DNA from: Lama glama
Lineage: Eukaryota
Assembly (NCBI GenBank): GCA_028534125.1
Contig: CM052817.1
Location: 35,218,001 to 35,282,000, forward strand
Direction: 5' to 3'
DNA length: 64,000 bases
Shown: piece by piece, positions 39,901 to 51,788 of the stretch
Layout: each line of letters begins with the position of its first letter
Position numbering within the stretch: the first letter of the stretch is position 1
The notes under the pieces: model-generated
Database searches by the model: none
Told to the model about the DNA's origin: nothing
What the model saw: the letters and a program-made list of their open reading frames with translations, nothing else
Position numbers and translations under genes: made by a program

Positions 39901-42900
39901 ACTTCACAAAGGAGAGGCATATCCTAACAGATCTGAGTAAAAGTCAAGTTCCTTTAGTTATTACAGTATGTACAAAATGCATAGTAAAAGAATTTTCTAG
40001 ACAGAACGAACTGATTTTTTTCATTCTCAAACAAAAAGTGACATCACCAGGAGACAGCCCTTGATAATCTAACTAGATTATCACTAATCCATTAAAAAAT
40101 TACAAGAATATAAAATATTCTCTAACGTACTTAAAATGTTGAACAATAAAAGACAAAATGCTTCATTTGTTCATAATATGTACCTGCAAAATAGTCACTC
40201 TGTGATGGGAAAAGAGAAGAGCAGCTAACTTTGATGGGAGCACTTTGACAGAAGTTGGTACAATAAGCAGAGAGGCACCACTTGATAGAGCAACAAATAT
40301 TTCCACAACAGAAGGATCAAAAGTCAGAGGTGAAGCCAGAAACAAAACATCTTCATGCGTGATTTCAAACAGCACCCTAAGACCAAAACAGAATGTAATT
40401 ATGAGAAATGCTTAACATTTAGTAAACAAATGATCCTAAAAAAAATTTATGGCCATTAAGTTTCCAGATGTTAGCCAGATTTTATTCTTCTTAGATTAAC
40501 CAAAATGGTGCTATTAAATCTAGAACTCTACTCCCTAAATGTAAGGATTAAAAGCCATTTAAAGCAATATCCACTTTTTTTTTTACCATAATATATTTTA
40601 TACATGATGGTCTTCTGATATGTCAACTTGGCCGGCCTGAACTAGTCTCTAGTTTCCCTTCTAGTATGTTTCCTGTTAGGGTATAAGACAAGGATATTCT
40701 CTCTTGACAGCTGAAGGACAGAAGAGGGGCAGCTGTCATTCTGTAGCACACATGCCTTCTCCCAGTTATTCAACCAAACACTAATTTAGGTGCTGCTGTG
40801 AAGGGATTTTGTAGATGTGACTGAAGTCCCTAATTAGCTCACTTTAATCAAAAAGGAGGTTATCCTGGGTTGGCTGGATTTACTTAACTGGAAGGCCTTT
40901 CAGAGTGTTCAGGCTTTCTCTAAAGACACTCTCAACAGCAGCTGGATCAGCAGTTTACTCCCCCTTCCCCCGATCCTCTTTCCTGACTTGCCTGTGGACA
41001 AGCATATGCCCAGGGAGCTCCAGTCTGTTCATGATGATCTCTTTCTGATCATTTGCCCAAGGGACTTCAGTTTTGCTTAGCCAGCCCTGACAAGTGTAAG
41101 CCAATTCCTTGTAATAAATCCCTGATGTAGCCTCCTGGTTCTGTTTTTCTGGTAGAATCTTGAATTACTCTATACTACTTATTCAATGATGCTTAATAGA
41201 GAACTCTGACTCCCTTTTCCCACCATTTGGCATTTTCTCTCAGGATCTCAACAAAGAGCAGAACAGAATATATGTGGTTAGGATTTACAGAGCACAAATG
41301 GTCAGTGTTGAGCCAATGTCACTGCTTCAGTTTAAAGACACAAACCCTACTCTATCTAAAAGCAGGGATTACCTTAACTTCAAAATATCTCCAAGTATGG
41401 TCATGTGGGGACCCACTTGGAAATCCAGGGTTGGTAAGATTATTTTCAGCTGAAAACATTTTGGATTTAACAGATGCAGAAAGAAGTCTTCTTGGAGATT
41501 CCCTTATCTGACTGATAGCAGAAACTTTCGGGGAATGAGACTGCCATAAATTCCGTCTTCAGAGTGACTTTTACTCCCAGAAAGTACATCAAGAGTAAAC
41601 CTACCATAAATTCCCTCTATAGGGGATTTTTATGGCCCTGAAGACATGAAGAAAACTCTTCTCACCTGCGTAGACCAACATGATGAGTTTCTTATCTCCT
41701 TCTGTCTTTCCTAAAGAAACTTACTTGATTTCTCATAGAAGCCTTTGCTTCCCTTTCCTTTCCCCTACCAAGTTAGGTAGTTAAGCCCCTAACTTGAACC
41801 ATTTAATAATGCAATTCAGAACATGCCACCCCCAAAATATGCTCTGGCATCTAGACTATTTTGAGTTAAAGGCACTTGAAAAACAAATACAAGAAAAACA
41901 CTCTGATCTTTCTTTTTTCATAAAAGCAGATGAAATTCCCATAGGAATGTCTTCCCTTTACCCAGAAGGATGATGTTCTTATCATCAAGGATAAGAATGT
42001 GAAGCCAAGAGAATTCTATACAAACAGACCTTGTTAAAATAATTCTTATCTTCCTTTAGCCTCCCCACATTAAGTTTAGTCACTTTTCCACAACTGCTTC
42101 TCTGTTTAACCTAATTTCAAGCCTTGACATTTCTTTGGTCTTCGTTCCTTATTAAGGATTTTGCATCACAAAAAACTTGTATTACATAAATTTGTATGCT
42201 TTTCTCTTGCTGATCTTTCTTTTGTCAGTCTAATTCTCAGGCCTAGCCAAAAAGAACCCTAAGAGGGTAAAAGGTGATGAAATAAAATTTGCATTTTAAG
42301 GCAGGACAAGAAAATTTAAACATAAAATTCTGCCCATCTGGGCCTTCCCCCCTTCCCCTAACGTGCAGTGTGCATCTGCACTACACACTAACCAAACCTC
42401 CTCAAAGACAGGAGTGCCTGCTCCACCATTAAGGATCATTTTTCCCCCTTTCTCTGACTCTAGCAATGTAACTTCTTAAAGGAATAGCATTCTTTCCCCA
42501 CTCTGTACGGAGTCGCAGTGATTTGCTGCTCACTTTGTACATGCTTACCTGAACTTTGGTGAACTTTATGCAAAGTAACAGCATGTCTTTTTGTTGTTGT
42601 TGTTGTTGAAGTATAGTCAGTTTATAATGTTGTGTCAGTTTCTGGTGTACAGCATAATGTTTCAGTCAAACATATGCATATATTCCTTTTCACATGTATG
42701 TCATTTTGATGTACAATCCTTTGTCTTGAAAATGTGTATAAGTGTGCCTTTGAAGTCTAACAGGTGGAATAGTTCTCAGAGCTTTCTGAGAATCTGTCTC
42801 CCAAGTTATATTCTTCAGTTTGGCTCAAATAAAATTCCCTCTTTTCTTCTTAACTTGATTATTAATTAAATTTTCTTCTTAAATCAATTATTAATTGAAT

Positions 42901-45900
42901 TTTCTTCAACAAAGGTAAAAGTTTGCTTCCCTTATAATGAGCTAGCTATTTTTGTTAGTTTCCATATGTATATGAATACTTTTTTTGTTAATCATAAATA
43001 ATTTATGTAATTTATTATAAAAAGATGAGAGCCTCATCTTTCCAAGGCTCTCTAAAGAGGTATTCCCACCCAGTATTATAAATATCATCTCCTCCCATCT
43101 CAAAATATGTTCCTCCTTTATCACATTACTACCTGATTTTTCAAACCAATCCTAACAATTCTCTACCCTTAGCCTATAAACCTCTTCCATCTAAAAACAA
43201 AAGAAAAAACTACACCCTCCCAGAATTCTTTATCTTCCATTAAAACTTCTTTCTAGAAAATAACACTTCACATTTTTTAAATCTCCATTTCCTTATCTCT
43301 TATTATTCTCTATATCTAGTCTGTAATGTCTTCAGCCCTGGGCATAATAATTCTTATACTGATTACATATTAAAATATTTTAGGTATACAGAATAAGATA
43401 TTTTGTTAAAGTTAATTTCACTTTTTAAATATGGTTACTATAAAATTTTTAATTACAAAAAACCTACAATGACATAACATTACATGCGTCTCATGAGGTT
43501 TCTATTTGTTTCCTCTTTTGATTTCCTAAGGCTACTCTCCTCTGGTTTCCTTCCTCCTCTATTTCCTTCTTTCTTTGAAAGTTGAGAATTTCAACTTTAT
43601 AGAGACGTCTCATCTTCCAACCGTAAGAGCATAAGCAAAGTCAACAGTGCTACAGGAGTAAACTTAATGAAATGCAAATTTTTTAAATTTTCCTTGTCAT
43701 CTTTTGGATGAAGTCCAAACTCTTCAACAGGGCACAGCAGGCTCCTGCCCTGCCCCAGGTCATAGGACCCCCACCCTCCCATGCTGCAGCTCAGCCTCAA
43801 TGCACACTAGGAGGCCGAACTCCTTCTTTCTCCCACACTTCTGCTGGTACCTCTGCCAGGAATGTTTCTTCCCTTCTTATTAATAATTAAGAAGCAAAGC
43901 TTCCAACTTTATCATTTGTTTGTTGTTTGGCTCCAGGTTTGGATCAAACAGGTAAAGACAGCCCTGTTCTGTTGAGAACTAAAGTTCAGATGCAGCTGAA
44001 ACAAGAGATTCATTACTTGGCACTATCAGTTCAGGAACAAGAGTTATAAAGATAGATGTTTCTAAATTCTTTTTTCACTTTAAAATACAAGTTCTGAAGA
44101 AGAATTCTAAGGACAGAACTTACTGAAAATGCTGGATGTTTGGCACTATACATGCATGAGGGACTCGGACAATCTTAGGTGTCCCCGTCGTGCCCGATGT
44201 GTGGAGAACATAGGCCAAGCAGTGCTGGAGCCTCACATCCATGTGCTCGTCTGACTTCTCTTCAGTGCGGTTCTCAGAATTCATGCTCTTCGTCATTTTT
44301 CCTTTTTCGCATTTCTCTTTTCTATCATTTAGCGTCAAGCTCACTTCATTTTCCCAGTGAAGTCTGAAGAGTACTAGGTCATTATGTTCTACTGTAAACG
44401 TATCATAGTTTAATAATGTTTCAAAGGAAGATTTGAATTTCTATGTGAAATGGGGAACAAAGTTCACAATATTAATTTGTTAAAAGAGATTCTTTTTTAT
44501 ACAGGATATGAAGTATTCATTTACTCATTCAACATGGCCTTTTTGTTTTTTAGTACAGTTCAGTTGACCTTTGAACATGGGTTTGAATGGCACAGGTCCA
44601 CTTACATGTGGGTTTTTTTCAATAAGCACGTACTACCTGATCCGAGGCTGGATGAATCTGGGGATGTGGCACTCTGCATACCAGGGGCTGTCTGTAAAGT
44701 TATAGGCGGGTTTTCCACTGCTTGGGAGTCCGCACCCCTAACCCCCATGTTGTTCAAGGGTCAACTGTACTTGCTGTGTATCCAGGGATAAAAAGATGAG
44801 TGAGAAACCTCCAAGACCAAAGTGCTGTCATTATTTTCAGACTCATCTTTAAAATAAAGAGACATAAAAACAAACATCTACAGTGCAATGTGTAAGTGCG
44901 ATAATGAAATATGCTTTAAATATGAATGGGGACAGAAGGCTAAACTTAACTCCACCTGAAAGTCAGAGACTGATTCTTCATGTGTAACGTTTGTCTTTTA
45001 AGTAGCTATTCTCCAAACAAAGAAGAGGGGTACTTTAGACAAACCATCATACACAGTATCTGACCTGACAAAGCTGGTGTTATGGAGAACAGTAAGCTGC
45101 AGAACTGGAGGAGAGAGGTGAGTCATGTTATTGATTGGAGATGAGATGCTAATCCTTAATAACTGCACAGTCAACACTCAGTAAGGAGTTTAGACCTTAA
45201 CCTGTAAGTGATGGCATCCAACTGAAGGTGGCAATGGCATAAACTAAACTTTGCCTATCAAGGAGAAACTGATATGCAAGACTCTAAAAACTGAGAGCCT
45301 TTAATGAAACTTTCCTAACAACCCAGATACGCTATATGGGCCTGAACTAGTCCACTGCAACAGAAGCGGACAGAAAGGTTTTATGAACAAAGAATTAACA
45401 AAGCTTGATGACTTCTGGATAAGGAGTGAGCCTAAGAAGACTGCTGAGTTTCTGGGTCAGTTATCTAACGGATGGAAAGATTAATACAGAAGTCTCCTTT
45501 GAATATATCTTTTTAGGTTGATACGCAGCAACTTAATGAAACATAAAAAGAATTCACAATAAAGAAATCAATATAAACGAGAGGAAAAGGTCAAACCCCA
45601 GGAGCCAGCAGGGTTTTGTATTTGTTCTGTGTGTATCAGGTGAAGGGTGTGGTATGTCCCATAATGTCAAAAAAATTAAGGGCTCACATATTCTTAAGAC
45701 CTAGCTCAAAAACCATCCTCCTCCATTAAAACTTTCCCTTGACTACTAGATTACATATATTTCTCTTAGGGGAATATCACACTATGTAGACTTAGGAATA
45801 CTACCTTCTCTCTCCAACTACATAAGCAAATGGAGGGCAAAAAACATGTCTTAGGTTACTTTCACATACCAGTGCCTTCCCAAACACCCCGTCACTGACG

Positions 45901-47819
45901 CAGGGTTTCTCAGTCTCAACACTACTGACATTTTGGATGAGATAAATCTTTGTGGGGACTGTCTGCTGATTTTCACCAGCATCCCTGACCTCTACCTTTT
46001 AGATGCCAGCAGCACCCTTTTTCTGTCACGACAATAAAAAATACTTCCAGACATTGCAAACATCTCCTGTGAGGCAAAATCATGCCCAGATGGGAACCAC
46101 TGCTCTAGTGGATCTTGAGCATACAGTAGATGCTCAACAAATACCTCCTGATTGTTCCTGTGTTAAGTGAAGGAAGAACACCTACACCATCATCGAAGTC
46201 ATGGAATAGGAAGCAACATACTTTCTATTGCGTTTGCTATGTACCCAACTCCTTCCTATATGAAGTTATAAAGAATAGCTTGATTAATTAATTCTCACAC
46301 CCAACCACCTTGACTATAAAAATTTCACCAAGGTTATTTAAAAAATGAGTATCACATCCCCTTTTTAGTTTTGCTTACTTGTCAACAAATAACCAATCTG
46401 AGGGAAAGAAAACTGTGGCCAGATACTAATACATGTGTATTTAGAAAATATTTATTAGTTAATACTTTAGTTGTCCCTTTCCAGAGGCCTTACCCTAAAA
46501 TCCATGATTCTCTAGGAAGTCCTCCATGTATCTCAAGTTCCTGAATCATCTTACTACATATAGATATAGATGCACACACATATACACACATAGGTGGAAT
46601 GCATTTAAGTTACCTATATGGTTCATACAAGAAATGGATAATAACAGGCTAAATTGAAAATAACTTCTATAGTGTCTTCTCTTTGGTTAAAACAGTATTT
46701 TATAAACAGGGAACAAAGAAATAATAATGAAACATGTGCTATGTCTTGCTTAACACATAACATCAACTCTTGCCCCTTAAGCAGTGTTTCTTGGCTAGAT
46801 CTTTGGTTGGCAGTCACTTAAAAGTAAGGAAGTAATAAATTTAGCTTTCCAGAAAGGTCTAAGTGTCAATCTCTTTTTCAAATCTAAGCTTGGAAATAAT
46901 TCTTTAATGTTGCTGACCATTGTAAATTGCCATAAATATACAAAGATAAAAGTATCAAGCATTACAAAAGTTTCCTACTATAGGAACAACTTTGGAAAGA
47001 GAAATTTAAAACAATGCACAATATGTTATTACGAGCCTAGAAGACATGTTGATGCCATTGAGCAGTGGTTCGCAATGAATGGAGCATGCAGGGTGGAGGG
47101 TGCCTCTAGAAGACATCTAGCAATGTCTGAAAATTTTGGATGTTATAACTGGGACGTACTACTGGTGACTATTAAGTGGAGGCCATGGGTGTTGCTAAAC
47201 ACCCTATAATGTACAGAACACTTTTCACAACAATTACCCAACCCAAAATGTCAACAGTGCTGAGACTGAGAAACTGTGCCGAGTTAGTGAATCTGGAAAT
47301 CAAGACAGGGGATGCGACCCCTTCAACTGAAAGGTAAATATAACACATTAAAAACAATTTAAATACCCACACTTACATTAATTTGCTGTTTTTCAACAAG
47401 GACATACTTTAGATCACATTTTTTAATAAAATGAACTGATAATGCTGGTGGTGAATCTGGATCAATAGGTGCATAAGCAGCGGGGACCTGGAGAATTCTA
47501 AAGAAACAAAGTACAGAGTCAGCATAGAATAGCTGTTGAAAGCAATCTTACTTTTAAGATACCGAATTTTTAGTTCTAAAAAATATTACCCTAAAATCCA
47601 AGAGGGTAAGTTTATCCCAGGTTGACAGTAGAGACCAATTTCCCGAATTCCTTGAAAGTCACAGTGTAACAGCAGAAAATGTGACAGTTCTGAAGCAGTG
47701 TTAACCACAGTCTTGTAGGTGTAATAAACTGGAGGCTGGTTGTTACATTCATCAAAACATACAGCTGTTTTATCTGAATAAAGGCAGGCAGCCTGATGTA
47801 CCAATTCCTGAAGAGTCAT
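25062..47819 (-). CDS. AASDH: AASDH/ACSF4 beta-alanine-activating enzyme, NRPS-like (adenylation domain, carrier domain, PQQ-DH-like beta-propeller); 14 coding exons, 3297 nt, 1098 aa
   Basis: All exons AG/GT-bounded and phase-consistent; lengths sum to 3297. Motifs HTSGTTGTPK, YGITE, LPLTSHGKID, GGDSL, FSSP repeats. Confidence 0.96.
26866..26997 (-). CDS. AASDH: AASDH exon 14 (ATGNRVW...HFGEQ)
   Basis: 132 nt, AG/GT. Confidence 0.92.
27501..27623 (-). CDS. AASDH: AASDH exon 13 (KKKCVWK...LLAINP)
   Basis: 123 nt, AG/GT. Confidence 0.92.
27873..27899. repeat. (CA)n microsatellite
   Basis: Direct reading. Confidence 0.95.
28816..28979 (-). CDS. AASDH: AASDH exon 12 (CYNGLVY...GSHDQHAYALDIY)
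   Basis: 164 nt, AG/GT. Confidence 0.92.
29735..30765 (+). mobile_element. Old L1 3' fragment
   Basis: ORF2 C-terminal-like text (KDLNRYFIKDIQMANK) plus 3'UTR. Confidence 0.8.
31268..31785 (+). mobile_element. MaLR LTR (MLT1-like)
   Basis: tgtggtggttttaaaatacgtccacaaattctttgatact ... aagccattaagtttggggataatttgt. Confidence 0.7.
32061..32856 (-). CDS. AASDH: AASDH exon 11 (carrier domain GGDSL; start of propeller)
   Basis: 796 nt; overlaps ORF 32029-32781. Confidence 0.93.
33917..34047 (+). mobile_element. tRNA-derived SINE (camelid Vic-1-like) with 12-bp TSD AAGTTGTACCTT
   Basis: A box (agctcaagaggtag), B box (gagttcaatcc), A-rich tail; TSDs at 33905-33916 and 34046-34057. Confidence 0.9.
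34055..34170 (-). CDS. AASDH: AASDH exon 10 (GKIDVSEL...LQHLWK)
   Basis: 116 nt; donor AAG|gtacaa. Confidence 0.92.
34483..34517 (-). pseudogene. 3'-truncated (tailless) U2 snRNA retrocopy, U2 nt 1-35
   Basis: Minus strand ATCGCTTCTCGGCCTTTTGGCTAAGATCAAGTGTA equals the U2 5' end; flanked by 15-bp direct repeat AGAATATGGTGATTA. Confidence 0.93.
34519..34745 (+). mobile_element. MIR SINE (host of the U2 insertion)
   Basis: MIR core-like tgtgatttggggaaatttacttaacttc...catcagtaaatgggaataataccacctac. Confidence 0.65.
34834..35026 (-). CDS. AASDH: AASDH exon 9 (IAEGLQEVESC...LPLTSH)
   Basis: 193 nt, AG/GT. Confidence 0.92.
35484..35656 (-). CDS. AASDH: AASDH exon 8 (RATGD...GRKDSQIKRHGKR)
   Basis: 173 nt, AG/GT. 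Confidence 0.92.
36187..36293 (-). CDS. AASDH: AASDH exon 7 (CELPVQLGFPLLGT...GQVFL)
   Basis: 107 nt; donor G|gttgtt is weak but the phase fits. Confidence 0.88.
36671..36912 (-). CDS. AASDH: AASDH exon 6 (ATPTLL...GGEAF...NVYGITE)
   Basis: 242 nt, AG/GT. Confidence 0.93.
37290..39045 (-). mobile_element. Old antisense L1 pieces interrupted by an MLT1A-like LTR (~37640-37927) and a short plus-strand L1 3' end (~38161-38240)
   Basis: Recognisable L1 antisense and MaLR text. Confidence 0.6.
39491..39511. repeat. (AC)n microsatellite
   Basis: Direct reading. Confidence 0.9.
40184..40376 (-). CDS. AASDH: AASDH exon 5 (LTFDPSVVEIF)
   Basis: 193 nt, AG/GT. Confidence 0.93.
40604..41172 (+). mobile_element. 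MLT2-like ERVL LTR
   Basis: tgatggt...tgtcaacttgg start; cctggttctgtttttctggtagaa end. Confidence 0.55.
41404..42936 (+). mobile_element. Cluster of ERV1-like LTRs (MER34-like), interrupted by a solo LTR
   Basis: cagaacatgccacccccaaaatatg...attttgagttaaaggcacttg pattern. Confidence 0.5.
42275..42911 (+). mobile_element. Solo LTR (TG...CA, 4-bp TSD AAGG) containing an antisense L1 3' fragment at ~42587-42692
   Basis: aagg|TGATGAAA ... TTCTTCAACA|aagg; internal AATAAA near 42828. Confidence 0.7.
44124..44440 (-). CDS. AASDH: AASDH exon 4 (includes AYVLHTSGTTGTPK P-loop)
   Basis: 317 nt, AG/GT. Confidence 0.93.
44561..44767. mobile_element. Tigger-family MITE (MER8-like)
   Basis: TIRs CAGTTGACCTTTGAAC / GTTCAAGGGTCAACTG followed by TA. 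Confidence 0.8.
45901..46102. mobile_element. MER20-like hAT element
   Basis: cagggtttctcagtctcaacactactgacattttgg...gaaccactg. Confidence 0.7.
47063..47278. mobile_element. MER20-like hAT element, opposite orientation to the 45901 copy
   Basis: cagtggttc...ccaaaatgtcaacagtgctgagactgagaaactgtg. Confidence 0.7.
47377..47497 (-). CDS. AASDH: AASDH exon 3 (ILQVPAAYAPIDPDSP...QQIN)
   Basis: 121 nt, AG/GT. Confidence 0.93.
47590..47819 (-). CDS. AASDH: AASDH exon 2, coding part (MTLQELVHQAA...SWILG); exon probably starts at 47862
   Basis: ATG at 47819; GG|gtaa donor; 230 nt. Confidence 0.93.
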
Positions 47820-48388
47820 TTTACTGAAGTTTATCTGAACATCACTGAGCAGAGAACTCTACCTATATTCAGAAATAGAAGGGAGACAAGGAGTTTTAGG
47901 GAGTTTGTTGGAGGGGGAGAGAGAAAAACTTTTTATATAATCACTCCTCACAAAAAATAACTATATCAAAGACACACAACTAAAGAATCTCTGAACTATG
48001 AACTGTCTATGGTAACTTTGCTGAGAACTTTGCTGAGAATGTTGCTGAACAATGAGGCTGAAATTCTGATACAGTCAAACTCCCTCCCTGCCAGAGCTGG
48101 AAGAAATCTGGGAGGGGGATGGTACACAAAGATGAGGATGAAACTGAAAATGTAGAATTCTCTCTCAACATACCACAATGTAAAAAAGAAACAGATTATA
48201 ACATTTAAAAATTAACCAGTAAAATCAAATTTAAAGCACCACATGCTTCATTTTTTCATTTTTCTTCAGTTGTTACCGATTGATTAAAATACAGCAGTTA
48301 AAATCCTGTATGATGACTTTGAAAAGACTAATGCAAACAAAGTCTGCTTTTAGGAACTGAACTTAGGTGAAAGCAAAAACAACCTTTG

Positions 48389-48535
48389 TTTATTATTGTA
48401 TTATTTAACTATTTTATTTTGGCAGAAGGGGGGGTAATTAAGTTTATTTATTTTTAGAAGAGGTGCTGGGAATTGAACCCAAGACCTTGTGCACGCTAGG
48501 CATGCACTCTACCAGTTGAGCTATACCCTCCCTCT
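48389..48535 (-). mobile_element. Vic-1-like tRNA SINE
   Basis: Reverse complement of the 33917 SINE; CAACCTTTG direct repeats at 48380 and 48541. Confidence 0.85.
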
Positions 48536-50269
48536 AAAATCAACCTTTGATAGAGAAAAAACTACCTAGATCCATCAGTTTCAGTTCCCTATATATAAAC
48601 TGTGCTTCTAACTATGTAATACTTAACAGAGGTCACAGCAAGTCACTTTCACAATTGTCAAAAAGCTCTTCATACTTTAGTTTGATTTTTAAATTGCCAA
48701 CAAATTCATTAAATTTAGTCTCCAAATATAGTATTAAAACTCAATAAACTATTATATAAACACAATGTTCTCAGGGCTTCTCAATGCATATGATATAAAA
48801 AGGAGATCTAAAACAGGATTTCATTGGAGAAACTTTAGGGATGACTGAACAAAAAACCCCTCACAAATCCTAGTATTTCCTCAAAGGTAAAGTGATGTTT
48901 ATTTTCCCCTCTGTAAACTCTATTTTCCAGATTTCAAAGCAAGTAAGATTTAACAGTCTATTTTAATTATTAATAATTATAATTATTTATATATATATAC
49001 TTAGTTGAACTCATTTACCTATTGATTCATCCATGTCATTTAATCAATATCAGTTAGAAAAAAAAAAGAAAAAAATCAATTAGAGAAAATGAAATATTCC
49101 TAAAGAGAGCAAAATGAACCAATAATTGCTGACACCCATAAGATTTGGAAATGCTATGATTTCTAAATAAAATTTTTTAAAATATAAAATAACTAGTACT
49201 TACAGTACTTTTAATAAGCATTTCTATAAATATCAGCTCTTTTTGTGATGCACAAGATAAAAATTTTAAGCTTTCCTCATACATACAAATGACCATTATA
49301 TAAACATAAGGAAGGCTTTCCTTAGCATGTACTAAAATTATGGGAATGAGTCCACTTCACAAGATTCAGTTAGTGCAGAAGGGTACTTTCTGCTACCCTC
49401 TCTCCAAATGAATAACAAATCACCTACATTACAGAATGTATTATAACTAAGACATTTTAAACAAAAAGTTATAGTCTATGTGCAAAAATAATGCAGTTTT
49501 AACTCAAAAACACATATAGCAGTTAACTTTCCACATGAGGACAATCTGATTAATATACTATGCCCTAAAATTAGTTTACATCAAAGTAAGGGGCAAGATT
49601 ACAAAATATATTCTTAAAAAAGAAAACGCCACTTTTTATGACAAATTACTACTCACCACACATACCCATATAATTAACATATTTTTACACTCTTAAGTGC
49701 CAGTTTCCCAGTGGTTGCTAGAGAAAATTACTGCAAAATTTATCCTTGTTGTCTAAAATTTTACTTTCATTAACTGAATCATAAATATATTCGCCCCATT
49801 AGAGAATAGCATACTTGCTGGACACCTAAACATTTCTGGGACCATGCAAGAAGAAAAAAAAAGCAAAATCCGCTAAACAGATTATATATGTAATGGGATC
49901 ATCAAGTTTTAAGATATTTGCTACTTTATTTACAAACTGTAGAGACTATTTAGTCATTTAGTCTTAAGAATGTCAACAAACTCTATTGCTTTGGGGACTC
50001 ACCCTAGGTTATTGGCCATTTTAAAGGCTGATAAATAATCTAGAAACCTAATTTTCCCCATATCCACCGGTTTCTTAACTTACATTATGCGACTGTGTTT
50101 AATAACAATGCACTTTATATCTTTCAATACATTTTTTCCCAACACGCTAGCAAGACGGGGTACACTTATTTCCATTTGAAAGAAGGCGCAGAGAGTCTAA
50201 CACAGGATTACTCTGGAGAAAGCACACAGGTCAAGTTTAGTCTTTGCCCCACTCCAACCCGCCAGACAC

Positions 50270-50880
50270 CACTAACTCAAATCCGAAGCCAGGCGGTGGC
50301 ACCCAACTAAGCAAACCTGTGCGCAGCCAGACCCAGGTGTCGTTGTACTTCGCCTCCCTCACACGTGCCCCACAAGACACCGCCTCCAGCCGAACCCACT
50401 CAGAAGGCCCAGGAGTGGGGGGTGCAGTGAAAAGGTCAGAGCCCATCCAGGCCTTCTAAAGACAGTCCAACCATGACGCTCTTCACACACAGAGAATAAG
50501 CCATTCACTACAGCCAGGAGTTAAAGAAGTCCAACAGCGCAGCCAGCCGGGAAATCAACGACGAGGGCTCACCTGTAAATCTTCCGCGTCGCTTTACTGA
50601 CGTAAGCACGAGCGACCCGGGGCAGGCTGCGTTGCGCTGCCCCGCCCCTTCCGGAAGCTGCGGCGCCAACTGGAGAGAAGAGTTGGCAGCGTGTTTCCGG
50701 GCTGCTCTCGTTTCAGATACTGGATCTAGTCGCTCTGGGTTTTGGACAGGGTTTGCAAGGGCTTTGAAGCTCACCCGCTTGGAGCTGTGCCCTTTCTTAC
50801 TTGCCAAGAAACTCTGGGCAAGAAGCTTTAATTCCAAGCCGCTGTCTCCGTTCCCAACGTAGGGGTAAAGATATCCCGGA
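50270..50880. promoter_or_regulatory. CpG-rich AASDH promoter: CRE-like TGACGTAA (50598), GC box (50640-50648), palindromic ETS TTCCGGAA (50649), ETS (50694)
   Basis: CpG-dense island upstream of the AASDH ATG; motifs read directly. Confidence 0.75.
50573..50630 (-). other. AASDH: Probable AASDH non-coding exon 1 (5' end approximate)
   Basis: Strong CAG|GTGAG donor at 50573/50572 inside the CpG-rich segment. Confidence 0.6.
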
Positions 50881-51198
50881 TGGTTGATGAAATCCTGAAA
50901 TAAGAGGGTGACTGGGCTTCATCCCCTGGACTTTTTGTTATAGCCTCCTGCCCTACACTGCGGGGACTGTGACTGTAACAATGAAGCTTGCAAACGAAGT
51001 CCGTGTTGTAAATTGGCTGAAGTTTTAATTGGAAAAGATGAATTTAAATAACTAAGAAAATATCTTTTTGGTAGGAACTGTAAAGAAAATAGAACAGGTC
51101 TGAGGGGGAGAAAGTTACTTAAGCTATTCACTTGAGTTTAAAAATCTGTTTTTAAGAGAGTTGTGGTGTTTGAACGCATGTAAATTAATTATTTTAAC

Positions 51199-51788
51199 TG
51201 TCAAAAGCAGTAGTAGTGTTACTTGTAAAGCTACTGTGCGGGAGGAAATTGAAACTTGAGTCCCCCTAAAACCGAGTTCCCCTAATGAGTTTCTGTTTAA
51301 TCTCTCCCTCCATAACTGTATCCCGTTTGTCCCCTCTGACCTCAATCCTTTGCTAACTGAACTCTGATGAACCAGAGTCAGATGACTAAGATTGCTGCTG
51401 TTGATAACATTGTTAATGTACTAAAATTGCTGTGGTAGGTATACATTGACCTACAAACTCAGGTTGTTTCTCCAGGGCAAGATGAGCTCACTGACTTGGA
51501 TCACCTTCCAGAGAATCGTAAACCAGAGACAACCTGACTCCTAAAACCTTAATTAAGGAATGTCAAAAAACAAAACAAAACAAAACAAAATATGGTGTTT
51601 AATCCCAGTTTTTTTGTTCTTCCCCTTTAAAACATCGTAAGTCAAACACCAAGATGGGGTGGATTTGAGATCTGTCTCCCAATCCCTTGCTTGGTGCCCT
51701 GCAAATAAATACTTACTTTGCTGCAAGCACCCGCTGTCAAAGACTTTGGCTTTCTGTGTCGGAGGCACACGACCCCTTGCTCAGTTAC
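51199..51788 (+). mobile_element. ERV1-like LTR (left boundary uncertain)
   Basis: AATAAA at ~51703 followed by U5-like sequence ending cagttaCA. Confidence 0.55.

Noticed and set aside
48018..48050. TTGCTGA 12-bp-period triple repeat, possible alternative 5'UTR exon nearby
   Set aside because: Short and degenerate; no convincing donor/acceptor pair.
50095..50862. Several 69-109 aa ORFs at the promoter
   Set aside because: Expected by chance in GC-rich sequence; no homology recognised.
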